Shown here: piece after piece, positions 29,724-38,833 of the stretch
Layout: each line of letters starts with the position of its first letter
How positions within the stretch are numbered: position 1 is the first letter of the stretch
Made by a program: the position numbers and the translations under genes
Origin: Polyangiales bacterium
Lineage (GTDB): Bacteria; Myxococcota_A; Polyangia; Polyangiales; Polyangiaceae
DNA length: 64,000 nucleotides
Direction of reading: 5' to 3'
Assembly (NCBI GenBank): GCA_038231275.1
Contig: JBBRLQ010000008.1
Coordinates: 1-64,000 of the forward strand
Notes under the pieces: generated by a model
What the model was told of the DNA's origin: nothing
The model's input: the letters and a program-made list of their open reading frames with translations, nothing else
The model's database searches: none

Positions 29724-31084
29724 TGGATCCAACGCAGCGGCGTCTCGCCCAGGACAGGTTCGTGGACTCCGCTCGTCTGCGAGCGCGCGGCCGCGGCGCG
29801 CACGAGCGCCGACCACGCGACGTTACCGATCACGCGGGAGGTTACGAGCTCGTCCGCCAGCGCCGACGCCTTGTCGCGCGCGCCAGCGTCCCAGAGCGCG
29901 GCGACTGCGAGGCCGCGCAGCTCGTCCCGTTTGGTCGAAAAGGCGCCGTTCGCGATCGGCGACCCGCTCGCCGCGTCGACGAGCGCGCTCAGCATGTCCT
30001 CGCGGTCGTGATCGCGCGCGAGGTAGAGGGCGGCGCGGATCGCGACCTCGTCCAGGAGCGGCGCCGTCTTGACGAGCGTCTCGAGCATCGCGCGGCACAC
30101 GGGAGCCCGCGCGCGCGCCATGCGAAAGAGAAACGTCGTGTCGCGATCGGCGCTCGGTCGATCGGAGAGGCGCGCGACGAGCTCCACGGTCGGCCGCGTC
30201 TCGGGCGGCGGCGGCGGCGCTTCTCCCTTCGCGAGCGCCGCGGTCTCGGCGAGGGCCCAGGCGACGAGCGACCACGCGGCGCGCGCGCTCGACGGTCCGC
30301 TGCTCGCCTTCAGGGTCGCCTCTTCGAACGGTCCGCGGTCACCGGCCTTGGCGGCCACGTCCGCGAGCACGAGCCAGCGCCCGAGGTGACGCTCTGCGCC
30401 GCGCAGCACGGCGAGCGCCGGGGAGACGTGCACCGGGATCGGAGCCCCCCGCGCCAGCGGAACGAAGAGCTCGGAGCACAGCGAGATGCGGTGGCTCTCT
30501 TTGATCATCGGCGCGAGCTGGACGAGGTGCGCCCCGTTCGACTCGGCGCGCGCGACCCGCGCCGTCTCTGCGCCGAACGCGAGGTGCGACTGCCGGCTCG
30601 CCGCGATCTTCGCGAGCTGCGGCGCGAGCGTCGGGTCCTTGCAGAAGCACGCGGCGCTCAGCGTCGCGCTGCCGCCCGCCTCCTCGCTCGCCAGCGCGGT
30701 CTTGAGGAGCGCGCAGGTCCGCTTGTCGTCCGATTCGGCGAGGGCGCGGATCGCCGCGGCGTAAATTTCGCGCGCGAAGGAGCCGCGACGCACGAGCACC
30801 TCGGTCGCCTCGGCGATGGAGGTTCGAACGCCGGGGCTCAAGATCGCAACGGCACGCAGGGCACCGGCGAGCTTCGCTTCGGTGGACGACGTGGGCTTCC
30901 GCTTGATGGCGCCGTCGAGCTCCGCATCGAAGCGCGCGCGCGTCACCTTGTCGACGACCTCGCTCGGAGCCGCCTGCTTCGCGGGGCTGCGCGAGAGCAA
31001 CTTCGCCTTGGGCGTGGCGGTGGAAGGAGAGGCGATCTCGGTCGCCCGTCGTGCTTGTCTCGCCTTCCCCGCCTGCGTTGCCAT
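29705..31084 (-). CDS. Ala-rich helical (HEAT-like) hypothetical protein
   Basis: 459-aa ORF with coding-type codon bias and HEAT-like LRGLAVAALWDAG segments. Confidence 0.7.
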   Translation of the reverse strand: MATQAGKARQARRATEIASPSTATPKAKLLSRSPAKQAAPSEVVDKVTRARFDAELDGAIKRKPTSSTEAKLAGALRAVAILSPGVRTSIAEATEVLVRRGSFAREIYAAAIRALAESDDKRTCALLKTALASEEAGGSATLSAACFCKDPTLAPQLAKIAASRQSHLAFGAETARVARAESNGAHLVQLAPMIKESHRISLCSELFVPLARGAPIPVHVSPALAVLRGAERHLGRWLVLADVAAKAGDRGPFEEATLKASSGPSSARAAWSLVAWALAETAALAKGEAPPPPPETRPTVELVARLSDRPSADRDTTFLFRMARARAPVCRAMLETLVKTAPLLDEVAIRAALYLARDHDREDMLSALVDAASGSPIANGAFSTKRDELRGLAVAALWDAGARDKASALADELVTSRVIGNVAWSALVRAAAARSQTSGVHEPVLGETPLRWIQWGWLE

Positions 31085-31320
31085 GCGTTAGTGATTCACC
31101 ATACCAGAGCGAGCGCCGACGGAAGCGTCGACGTTCGATCGATCGATTTATTTTTTCGCGCGCACGATCGTGAAGCGCAGGGACGAAGAGAAAGCGCTTG
31201 ACCTCCACTGGAGCGCGCACGATCCGCCGGTCGGCGCGACGACCAGGCGGACGCATGTGGAGGTCGCCGTGCGGGTGGCGTGCGTCGAGGGCGCACACCC
31301 CCTCGTATCGCACGCGCACG

Positions 31321-34300
31321 TCACGTCGCCTTTGCGAGCCTCACGGGGATGACGACGCCGTCGATCTCGATCTCGAGGTCCTTCGCGCCAGGCGCGAAGG
31401 TGAGCGCCGTACACAGAAGCTCGCCCTTCAGGTGCGACGCATGCTTCTCGATGATCGCCTGCGCCGCGCCGTATTCGATCGTCACGCGGTCGGTGATCTC
31501 GAGCCCCTTGTCCTTGCGCGCTTGCTGGAGGCGGCTCTGGAGCTCTCTCACGAACCCCAGCTCCTTCAGCTCTTCGTCGAGCACGGTCTCCAGCACCACG
31601 ACGCCGACACGCCCTCCGGCCGCCGCGAAGCCCTCCTTCGTCGTGAAGGCGATCTCGACGTCCTCTGCGAAGAGCTCGACGCCTCCCAGGGGCGCCTTCC
31701 CGTCGCCCGCGAGCGACGCCACGAGCTTCGCCGCGTCCTCGGCCGGCAGCTGGCCCATCGTCTTCTTCAGCTCCTGCGCCTGCTTGCCGAGCCCGCGCTG
31801 ACCGAGCGTGCGGAAGTTCGGCTTGAGGTTGTACTCGACGTACGAGCGCACCTGCCCTTGCGGGACGAAGCGCACCTCGAGGACGTTTAGCTCCTCTTTG
31901 ATCATCTCCAGGCTGCCGGCGAGGCTGTCTTGCAGTTGCGCATCGCCGACGATGAGGTGCGCGCGCCTCAGCGGTTGACGCACCTTCAGCTTCGCCTGCG
32001 TCCGCACCTGGAGGCCCAGGCTCACGAGCTCACGCACGGCGCGCATCTTCGCGCTGAGCGGCCGATCGATGCGCGACGCGTCGGCCGACGGCCAGCGCGT
32101 CAGGTGCACACTCTCCTCGGCGCCAACGACCTTCGCGCGCACGACGAGGTTCTGGTACATCGCGTCCGCCGCGAACGGCACGAACGGCGCCACCAGCTGC
32201 GACAACGTCACGAGCGCCTCGTACAGCGTGCCGTACGCGGAGAGCTTCTCGTCGTCCCAGCCCGACTTCCAGAAGCGGTCGCGCGAGCGGCGAAGCCACC
32301 AGTTCGAGAGCGCGTCGACGAACGCCGTCATCTTCTGCGTCGCGCCGTACACGTCGTACCCGTCGAGATCGCGCGTCACGTCCTCGACGAGGAGCGAAAG
32401 CTCGCTCAGGATCCAGCGATCGAGCTCTCCCTTTCGCTCGCCGCGCGGCTTCGTCGGCTCCCACCCATCCGGGTTCGCGTAGAGCGTAAAGAACGCGTAG
32501 ACGTTGCGCAGCTTGATGAGAAAATCCTTCTGCAGCGCGCGCACGTTCGACAGGGAGTGGCGCGTCGCGTTCCACGGCGGGTTCGAGGCATAGAAGAACC
32601 AGCGAAACGCGTCGGCCCCCGGAGCGGGCGAGGCCGGGTCGACGAGCGTAAGGCGCTCTTTCGCCGGCAACCGCGGCACTTCCACCGGCTTGACGTCGGC
32701 GACGGCCGTGACCTCGACGGCGAGCGCCGCGCGATCCTCCGGAGAGAGCAGCACGACGCGCCGCTTCATCCCCTTGCCGGTCTTCACGACGACGTCGATC
32801 GATTTCCCGTTGGCGTCGAGGCGAACCTTCGCCCCGTCGGTCAGGTCCATCCCCTCGAGGTCCTCTTTGGCGATGAACGCGACGCCCGTCTGCGCCTTCT
32901 CTTTCGTCTTCTCCTCACCGATCAGCGCGAAGTCCATCTGCACGGCGTCGAGGATGATCTCCGGCGGCGTGTAGTTCCCCTTGGACTTGCTCTCCTTCTT
33001 CCCTTCCTTGTCGGACACGTGCCCGAGGACGATGCACGTCTTGAAGGGGAGCGGGAACGCGCGCGTGGGCGTGATGCCCTGCTCCTTTTGCGTCTTCTCG
33101 TCGAACACGAGCGTCGCGATCATGAGGAGCGTGTAAAACCAGCCGCGCGTCTGATCGATCGCCTCGCTGATGAAGTCGGCGGGGAAGCTCTGGTGGAACT
33201 CCGCCTGCCCCGTGTGCGGGTAGCCCCACTGCGCGAACGGCATGCAGCCGGAGTCGAACCAGCAGTCGATGACCTCGGACACGCGCCGCATCGTCCCGCC
33301 GCATCCGGCGTGCTTGCAGGTGAAGGTGACGTCGTCGATCCACGGCTTGTGGACAACGAGGTGCTCGCTGAGCGACGGGTCCGCCTTCTTCGCGTCTTCG
33401 AACTTCTTGAAGGCAACGGGGTTCCTCTTTCGGATCTCCTCGATCGACGACGGCGCCTCGCGGTGATCGTTCGCGTCGCAGATCCAGATGTTGAGCGGCG
33501 TACCCCAGAAGCGCTCGCGCGAGAGCGCCCAGTCGACGTTGTTCGCGAGGAAATCCCCCATCCGTCCGCTCTTGATGTGCTCGGGCAGCCAGTGAACGGA
33601 CTGGTTATTGGCGATCGCGCGCGTGATCTCTTCGGTCGTTCGGATGTACCAAGCGGGGCGCGCGTACTGGATGAGCGGGTCCTGATCGGAGCGCCAACAG
33701 AACGGGTACTCGTGGCGGTACTGCTCGAGCAGCAGCATGAGGCCGCGCTCTTTCAGCTCCGCGGCGAGATCCTTGTCGGCCTCTTTTACCCAGCGCCCTT
33801 CGTATTTGCCCATCTCGGGGCCGAAGGTTCCGTCGGGCCGCACGGCGCAGAAGAGCGGCAAGTCGGGGTGCGCTTTCAGCTGATGCTTGTGCGCGCTGAA
33901 GTCGTCCTCGCCGAACGCCGGCGCGATGTGGACGATGCCGGTGCCCGAGTCGAGGGTGACGAAGTCGGCGGCGATGACGCGATGCACGGCGTCGGGCGCG
34001 TCCTTCGCGAACGTGTCGAACGGCGGCGCGTATTTTTTGCCGACGAGATCCTTGCCCGAGATCTTCGACTCGACGACGAGCTCGGTCTTGAGCTTCTTCG
34101 CGAGCTCGGGGACGAGCTTCTCCGCGAGGATGAGCGTCTCGTCGCCGTGCTTCACGCGCACGTAGACGCTCTTCGCGTCGACCGCGGCGTACATGTTCGA
34201 CGAGAGGGTCCACGGAGTCGTCGTCCACACGACGAGCGACGCCGCGGTCGCTTCACCGACCAGCGGGAACTTCACGTAGACGCTGGGGTCATCGACGGTC

Positions 34301-34914
34301 TTGTACCCGAGGCCGACCTCACCTGCGCTGAGCGCCGTCCCGCCTTGCGCCCACCACCACACCACCTTGTGCCCCTGGTAGAGGAGGCCCTTGTCGAACA
34401 GCTTCGACAGCGCCCACCACACGCTCTCGACGTACGACTTGTGGAACGTGACGTACGCGCTCGGCAGATCGACCCAGAAGCCGATGCGCTCGGTCAGCCC
34501 CTCCCACTCCTTCGTGTAGCGGAAGACCGACTCGATGCATTTCTTGACGAAGGGCTCGACGCCGTACTTCTCGATCTCCGCCTTGCCGTGGATGCGGAGC
34601 TCCTTCTCTACCTCGACCTCGACGGGGAGACCGTGCGTGTCCCAGCCGGCCTTGCGGGGCACCTGGTAGCCGCGCATCGTCTTGTAGCGAGGGAAGAGGT
34701 CCTTGATGACGCGCGTGAGGACGTGCCCGTTGTGCGGGAGGCCGTTCGCGGTCGGCGGCCCTTCGTAGAAGACGAACGTGCCCTTCCCGCCCTCCGCCTC
34801 GGCGGGGCGCTCGAGGGTCTTCTCGAAGATCCTCCTCTCCTTCCAGAGCGCGAGGATTTCGCGCTCCTCTTTCGGGAAGTTCATGTCGCCGGGGACCTTG
34901 TCGAAGACGGGCAT
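31321..34914 (-). CDS. ileS: Isoleucine--tRNA ligase, type 2, with atypical motifs and an insertion
   Basis: FYEGPPTANGLPHNGH, GWDTHGLP, WTTTPWT, GTGIVHIAPAFGEDD, DWALSRERFWGTP, WFDSG, DQTRGWF, KESKSKGN, RQPL; IleRS2-type C-terminus RELQSRLQQARKD without a Zn finger. Confidence 0.97.
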   Translation of the reverse strand: MPVFDKVPGDMNFPKEEREILALWKERRIFEKTLERPAEAEGGKGTFVFYEGPPTANGLPHNGHVLTRVIKDLFPRYKTMRGYQVPRKAGWDTHGLPVEVEVEKELRIHGKAEIEKYGVEPFVKKCIESVFRYTKEWEGLTERIGFWVDLPSAYVTFHKSYVESVWWALSKLFDKGLLYQGHKVVWWWAQGGTALSAGEVGLGYKTVDDPSVYVKFPLVGEATAASLVVWTTTPWTLSSNMYAAVDAKSVYVRVKHGDETLILAEKLVPELAKKLKTELVVESKISGKDLVGKKYAPPFDTFAKDAPDAVHRVIAADFVTLDSGTGIVHIAPAFGEDDFSAHKHQLKAHPDLPLFCAVRPDGTFGPEMGKYEGRWVKEADKDLAAELKERGLMLLLEQYRHEYPFCWRSDQDPLIQYARPAWYIRTTEEITRAIANNQSVHWLPEHIKSGRMGDFLANNVDWALSRERFWGTPLNIWICDANDHREAPSSIEEIRKRNPVAFKKFEDAKKADPSLSEHLVVHKPWIDDVTFTCKHAGCGGTMRRVSEVIDCWFDSGCMPFAQWGYPHTGQAEFHQSFPADFISEAIDQTRGWFYTLLMIATLVFDEKTQKEQGITPTRAFPLPFKTCIVLGHVSDKEGKKESKSKGNYTPPEIILDAVQMDFALIGEEKTKEKAQTGVAFIAKEDLEGMDLTDGAKVRLDANGKSIDVVVKTGKGMKRRVVLLSPEDRAALAVEVTAVADVKPVEVPRLPAKERLTLVDPASPAPGADAFRWFFYASNPPWNATRHSLSNVRALQKDFLIKLRNVYAFFTLYANPDGWEPTKPRGERKGELDRWILSELSLLVEDVTRDLDGYDVYGATQKMTAFVDALSNWWLRRSRDRFWKSGWDDEKLSAYGTLYEALVTLSQLVAPFVPFAADAMYQNLVVRAKVVGAEESVHLTRWPSADASRIDRPLSAKMRAVRELVSLGLQVRTQAKLKVRQPLRRAHLIVGDAQLQDSLAGSLEMIKEELNVLEVRFVPQGQVRSYVEYNLKPNFRTLGQRGLGKQAQELKKTMGQLPAEDAAKLVASLAGDGKAPLGGVELFAEDVEIAFTTKEGFAAAGGRVGVVVLETVLDEELKELGFVRELQSRLQQARKDKGLEITDRVTIEYGAAQAIIEKHASHLKGELLCTALTFAPGAKDLEIEIDGVVIPVRLAKAT

Positions 34915-35020
34915 GGGAGCCGTGTTCTACACCGCATCAACCGGGCGCCGCGCTTCCGGAATCGACACATTTCGTCTCACACGTCCTTGCACATCCACCT
35001 ACATGTGTCATATCGCCCCT

Positions 35021-36274
35021 ATGACCAAGTGGCGTCGGCTCCTCTTCGCGTCTCTCCTCAGCTTCCCGACCGGCGTTTTCGCCGCCGGCTGCTCATCAGG
35101 TGGCAGCACCGGCGAAGCCGAAGACGACATCACGAACGTGAAACAGTCGACGGTCAAAGACCAGTCGACGGAGAACTGCTGGACGTACGCGACGATGGGC
35201 TGGGCGGAGTCGCTCTACGAGACGGCCACCGGCAAAGACATCCAGCTGAGCGAGTCGTACGTCACCTACTGGCACTGGTTCGATCAGATCACCGCGGGCA
35301 CGGTCTCGGGCGACGTCGTCGAAGAGGGCGGCTCGTGGGGCGAGGCGGCGGATCTGATGATCAAGTACGGCGTGATGGAGTCGAAGGACTTCGTGCCCGC
35401 CGACGCGACCAAGGAGCTCTCGGATCGGCAGACGGTCGCGGTGAAGGCCGTCAACGACGCGCTCAAGACCGGCGGCGAGCTTCACACCGCATCCGCGCGC
35501 CACGATCGCACGAAGGTGCGGGCGTTCATGGACAAGGCGTGGCAGCTGACGCCCGCGGTCAGCGCGGCGCTCGACACGACGTTCGGCGCCGACGTGAGCA
35601 AGACGCTCGATAAGGGCGCGAGCGCGGCGCCTATCGTGAAGCACCCCGCGGATCTTCCCGCGAAGCTGATGAACCCGACCACGAAGCGCGCCGACACCGT
35701 CACGCTCGCCGACGCGATCGGGACGCACAAGTCCGCGTCCGATCAGGATCACCGCACCGGGAAGTTCGCGTGGAACGACGTCGCGTACCCGCGCGCGAAG
35801 CAGGCGCGCCGAGACTTCTTGAAGCGCGTGCAGCGCGCGCTCGCCGACGGCAACCCGGTCGTCGTCAACTGGTACGTCGACTTCAACGCGCTCACCGCCG
35901 ACGGGAAATTCCTCGCGCCGCCCGCCAAGCCCGGCTCACAAGGCGGACACGTCGTCCTCGCCGTCGACTACCAGGTCGAGAACGTCCCCGGCTTCGGCAC
36001 GCTCCCGGCCGGCGTCGTCGAGACGCGCCCCGCCGCCCTGCAAGCCGCGCTCGACGATCAGGCGATCGTGACCTTCATCCGCATCAAGAACTCCTGGGGA
36101 ACGACCTATCACCCGCTCCCCGCCCCCGGGGCCGCCGGCGATCACGATCTCTACTTGAAGTACTTGAACGGCCCGATCCAGGAGTGCGACCTCACCGACA
36201 ACGGCGACCCGAAGCCGGGCACCTGCGTCAAAGCCATCCCGTTCGAGTCGGTCGTCCTCCCCGCCGGCTACTGA
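35021..36274 (+). CDS. Papain-like (C1) cysteine peptidase lipoprotein
   Basis: Lipobox AAGC; VKDQSTENCW (Gln, Cys), LSESY, GGHVV (His), IKNSWG (Asn). Confidence 0.85.
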   Translation: MTKWRRLLFASLLSFPTGVFAAGCSSGGSTGEAEDDITNVKQSTVKDQSTENCWTYATMGWAESLYETATGKDIQLSESYVTYWHWFDQITAGTVSGDVVEEGGSWGEAADLMIKYGVMESKDFVPADATKELSDRQTVAVKAVNDALKTGGELHTASARHDRTKVRAFMDKAWQLTPAVSAALDTTFGADVSKTLDKGASAAPIVKHPADLPAKLMNPTTKRADTVTLADAIGTHKSASDQDHRTGKFAWNDVAYPRAKQARRDFLKRVQRALADGNPVVVNWYVDFNALTADGKFLAPPAKPGSQGGHVVLAVDYQVENVPGFGTLPAGVVETRPAALQAALDDQAIVTFIRIKNSWGTTYHPLPAPGAAGDHDLYLKYLNGPIQECDLTDNGDPKPGTCVKAIPFESVVLPAGY

Positions 36275-36323
36275 GCCGACGCGACAGCAGACGACGCCGA
36301 CACGACGACGACGCGCGAGACGA

Positions 36324-36584
36324 TCAGCCGGCAGCGGCGATGATCGTCTTGCCGCGTTCGAGCTTGCTCGAGACCAGCTCCCACGACTTGTTCAACGTGG
36401 TGATGACCTGAAGCTCGGAGTCGTCGATCTTGAGCTGGTACTTGCGCTCGATGGCAGCGACGATCTCGACGCCCATCATCGAGTCGATGCCGAGATCCTT
36501 GAAGTGCGTGTCGTCCGGCAAGGCGTCGATCTCGGCGATTTCGCAGATCAGCTCGCGAAGCTCGTCTTTCAGGTGATCGCTCAT
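36324..36584 (-). CDS. Acyl carrier protein
   Basis: LGIDSMMGVEIV phosphopantetheine motif; acidic, 86 aa; SD GGAGG 8 nt before ATG 36584. Confidence 0.9.
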   Translation of the reverse strand: MSDHLKDELRELICEIAEIDALPDDTHFKDLGIDSMMGVEIVAAIERKYQLKIDDSELQVITTLNKSWELVSSKLERGKTIIAAAG

Positions 36585-36608
36585 GTTCACTTCCTCCGGA
36601 TGACGCGG

Positions 36609-36857
36609 TTAGGCCGACTGACGCTTCTCGACGACGTTGAGCAGATCCTTCACCGTTTGGATGCCGGCGAGCGACTCGTCCGGGATCTGAATCTTCAGCT
36701 GGCGTTCCATGGAGCCGACGATCTCGAGCATGCCGAGCGAGTCGATCCCGAGCTGGGCGATCGGCGTGGTCTCGTCGATTTTTTTGAACTCCTTCTCGAC
36801 GATCTCGGTGGCCGTCTTTTCGAACATGTCGAGGAGCTCAGCGCGACTGCATGCCAT
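36609..36857 (-). CDS. Acyl carrier protein
   Basis: LGIDSLGMLEIV; IQTVKDL; SD GGAG. Confidence 0.9.
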   Translation of the reverse strand: MACSRAELLDMFEKTATEIVEKEFKKIDETTPIAQLGIDSLGMLEIVGSMERQLKIQIPDESLAGIQTVKDLLNVVEKRQSA

Positions 36858-36947
36858 TCGTTCACTCTCCGTGGGACTTCCTGAAACTCTTTAGACGTGT
36901 GATTGGCGAAAAGGGCCACAATTCGTTCATTTTTCGTGCGTAAAACG

Positions 36948-38660
36948 CTACGCAGTGGCCGCCTCGTTCGCACCTCCGGCGCCGCCTGCTTTGCCCTTCG
37001 CGAACGCGCCGTCGAGGAACATCTGCTTCGTCTTGCGGCGCTGCGGCTTGCCGCTCGACGTTCGGGGCAAGGTCCCCTGCGCGACGATCTCGACGTGGTG
37101 CACCGCGATTCCGATCTGCGCGGTGACCGCGTTCTGGATCGCGTCCGTGAGGCCGGCGGCGTCGCTCTGGAACGCCTCGGCGCAGACGAAGAGCTGCTCT
37201 TCGCCGTCGACGTCCGCGCCGAACGCCACCACGTTGCCGCGACGGACCCCGGGCAGCTCGCTGATGACCCACTCGATGTCACTCGGGTAAAAATTGCGCC
37301 CGCGGATGATGATGATGTCCTTGAGGCGCCCGCAGATGAAAAGCTCGCCGTTGACCGTGTAGCCGAGGTCGCCGGTGTAGAGCCATCCGTCCTTCCACGC
37401 CTCGGCGGTCAGCTCGGGCTCGTGGAAGTAGCCGCTCGTGACGCTGGGGCCGCGCGTGATGATCTGGCCGACCTGGCGATCGCCGAGGTGCGTGCCCGCT
37501 TCGTCGACGATCGCGAGCTCGTGATCGGGGAACGCGCGGCCGCAGTTCACGAGCTCCTGCGCGCCATCGCCTGGCGGTACGGCCTTCGCGTCGTGCGTTT
37601 GCAGCGCCTTCGTGTCGATGCAGTCGCTGCGAACGCCGGTGCCGTGCGGCACGAACGTGATCGCGAGCGTCGCCTCGGCCATTCCGTACGACGGAAGGAA
37701 CGACGTGTCCTTGAAGCCTGCGGGCGCGAGCTTCGTCGCGAAGTCGCGCAGCGTCTTGGCCTGGATCGGCTCGGCGCCGCAGCCGGTGATGCGCATGCAC
37801 GAGAGATCGAGGCCCTGGACGTCCTTCTCTTTCAGGCGTTTCGACACGAGCGCGTACGCGAAATTCGGCGCGTAGGTGATCGTGCCGCGGTGGCGGTGGA
37901 TCGTGTCGAGCCAGATGCGCGGCGCGCGCACGAACGACGCGGTCGGCAAGAAGACCACCGGGATGTCGGTGAAGAGCGGGCCGATCACGAAGCCAATGAG
38001 GCCCATATCGTGGAAGAGCGGGAGCCACGAGACGCCCTTGTCGAAGGAGCTGTCCTTGCCGAGGCCGTGAATCATGAACGCTTCGCTGTTGGCCGCGAGG
38101 TTGCCGTGCGTGACGACGACGCCCTTGGGGCGCGAGGTCGAGCCGCTCGTGAACTGCAGAAACGCGAGATCGTCGGGCGTGACGTTCACGTCGAGCGGAC
38201 CGGGCGCGGGGGCCGCGTGCTCGTCGACGGTCGCGACGCCGAAGCGGAGGTTGTCCACGCGCGGCAGGACCGGATCGACGTACGGACGCGTCGCGGTCGT
38301 GGTGAGCAGCATGGACGCGCCGCTCGCCTTCGCGATGTGCGCGACCGTGTCGTGGTACGTGTCGACGTTCTTGAACGACAGCTGTGGGTAAATCGGCACA
38401 GGTACGACGCCCGCGTAGACCGCGCCCAAGAACGACAAGACGAACTCGTCGCCGTCGGGGACGACGATGGCGAGACGATCGCCCTTCACGAGGCCCTTCG
38501 CGGCGAGGTGCGCGCCACGACGCGTCGCTTCTTCGTGGATGTTCGCGAAGGAGCAGAAACGCTCGGTCCCATCGGGCTTCACGAAGACGAAGCCACGCAG
38601 CGTGTCGTGCGACAGCTGCTTGACGGCGTCCACGAGTGTCGGTGCGACGAGCTTCGGCAT
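36948..38660 (-). CDS. Fatty acyl-AMP ligase (FAAL)
   Basis: FLQFTSGSTSRPKGV, VSWLPLFHDMGLIG, APNFAY, GAEPI, PSYGMAEATL plus FAAL-type insertion, TGDLG, GRLKDIIIIRGRNFYP, LPRTSSGK. Confidence 0.92.
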   Translation of the reverse strand: MPKLVAPTLVDAVKQLSHDTLRGFVFVKPDGTERFCSFANIHEEATRRGAHLAAKGLVKGDRLAIVVPDGDEFVLSFLGAVYAGVVPVPIYPQLSFKNVDTYHDTVAHIAKASGASMLLTTTATRPYVDPVLPRVDNLRFGVATVDEHAAPAPGPLDVNVTPDDLAFLQFTSGSTSRPKGVVVTHGNLAANSEAFMIHGLGKDSSFDKGVSWLPLFHDMGLIGFVIGPLFTDIPVVFLPTASFVRAPRIWLDTIHRHRGTITYAPNFAYALVSKRLKEKDVQGLDLSCMRITGCGAEPIQAKTLRDFATKLAPAGFKDTSFLPSYGMAEATLAITFVPHGTGVRSDCIDTKALQTHDAKAVPPGDGAQELVNCGRAFPDHELAIVDEAGTHLGDRQVGQIITRGPSVTSGYFHEPELTAEAWKDGWLYTGDLGYTVNGELFICGRLKDIIIIRGRNFYPSDIEWVISELPGVRRGNVVAFGADVDGEEQLFVCAEAFQSDAAGLTDAIQNAVTAQIGIAVHHVEIVAQGTLPRTSSGKPQRRKTKQMFLDGAFAKGKAGGAGGANEAATA

Positions 38661-38833
38661 CTTGCGTAGCGTCTCCTCCAGAGCGGGCCTGCACTTACTG
38701 CGCCGAGGTCCATCACGCAAGGCTGAGCGACTCCGAAAGCGCGGAACCGGTGGCACCGCCGCGTAGCGAATTTCGCAGTGTTTTTCGAGGCCAAGACGTT
38801 GCGAGGGGGGGCTTCCCGTCTTATAAGCTGACG

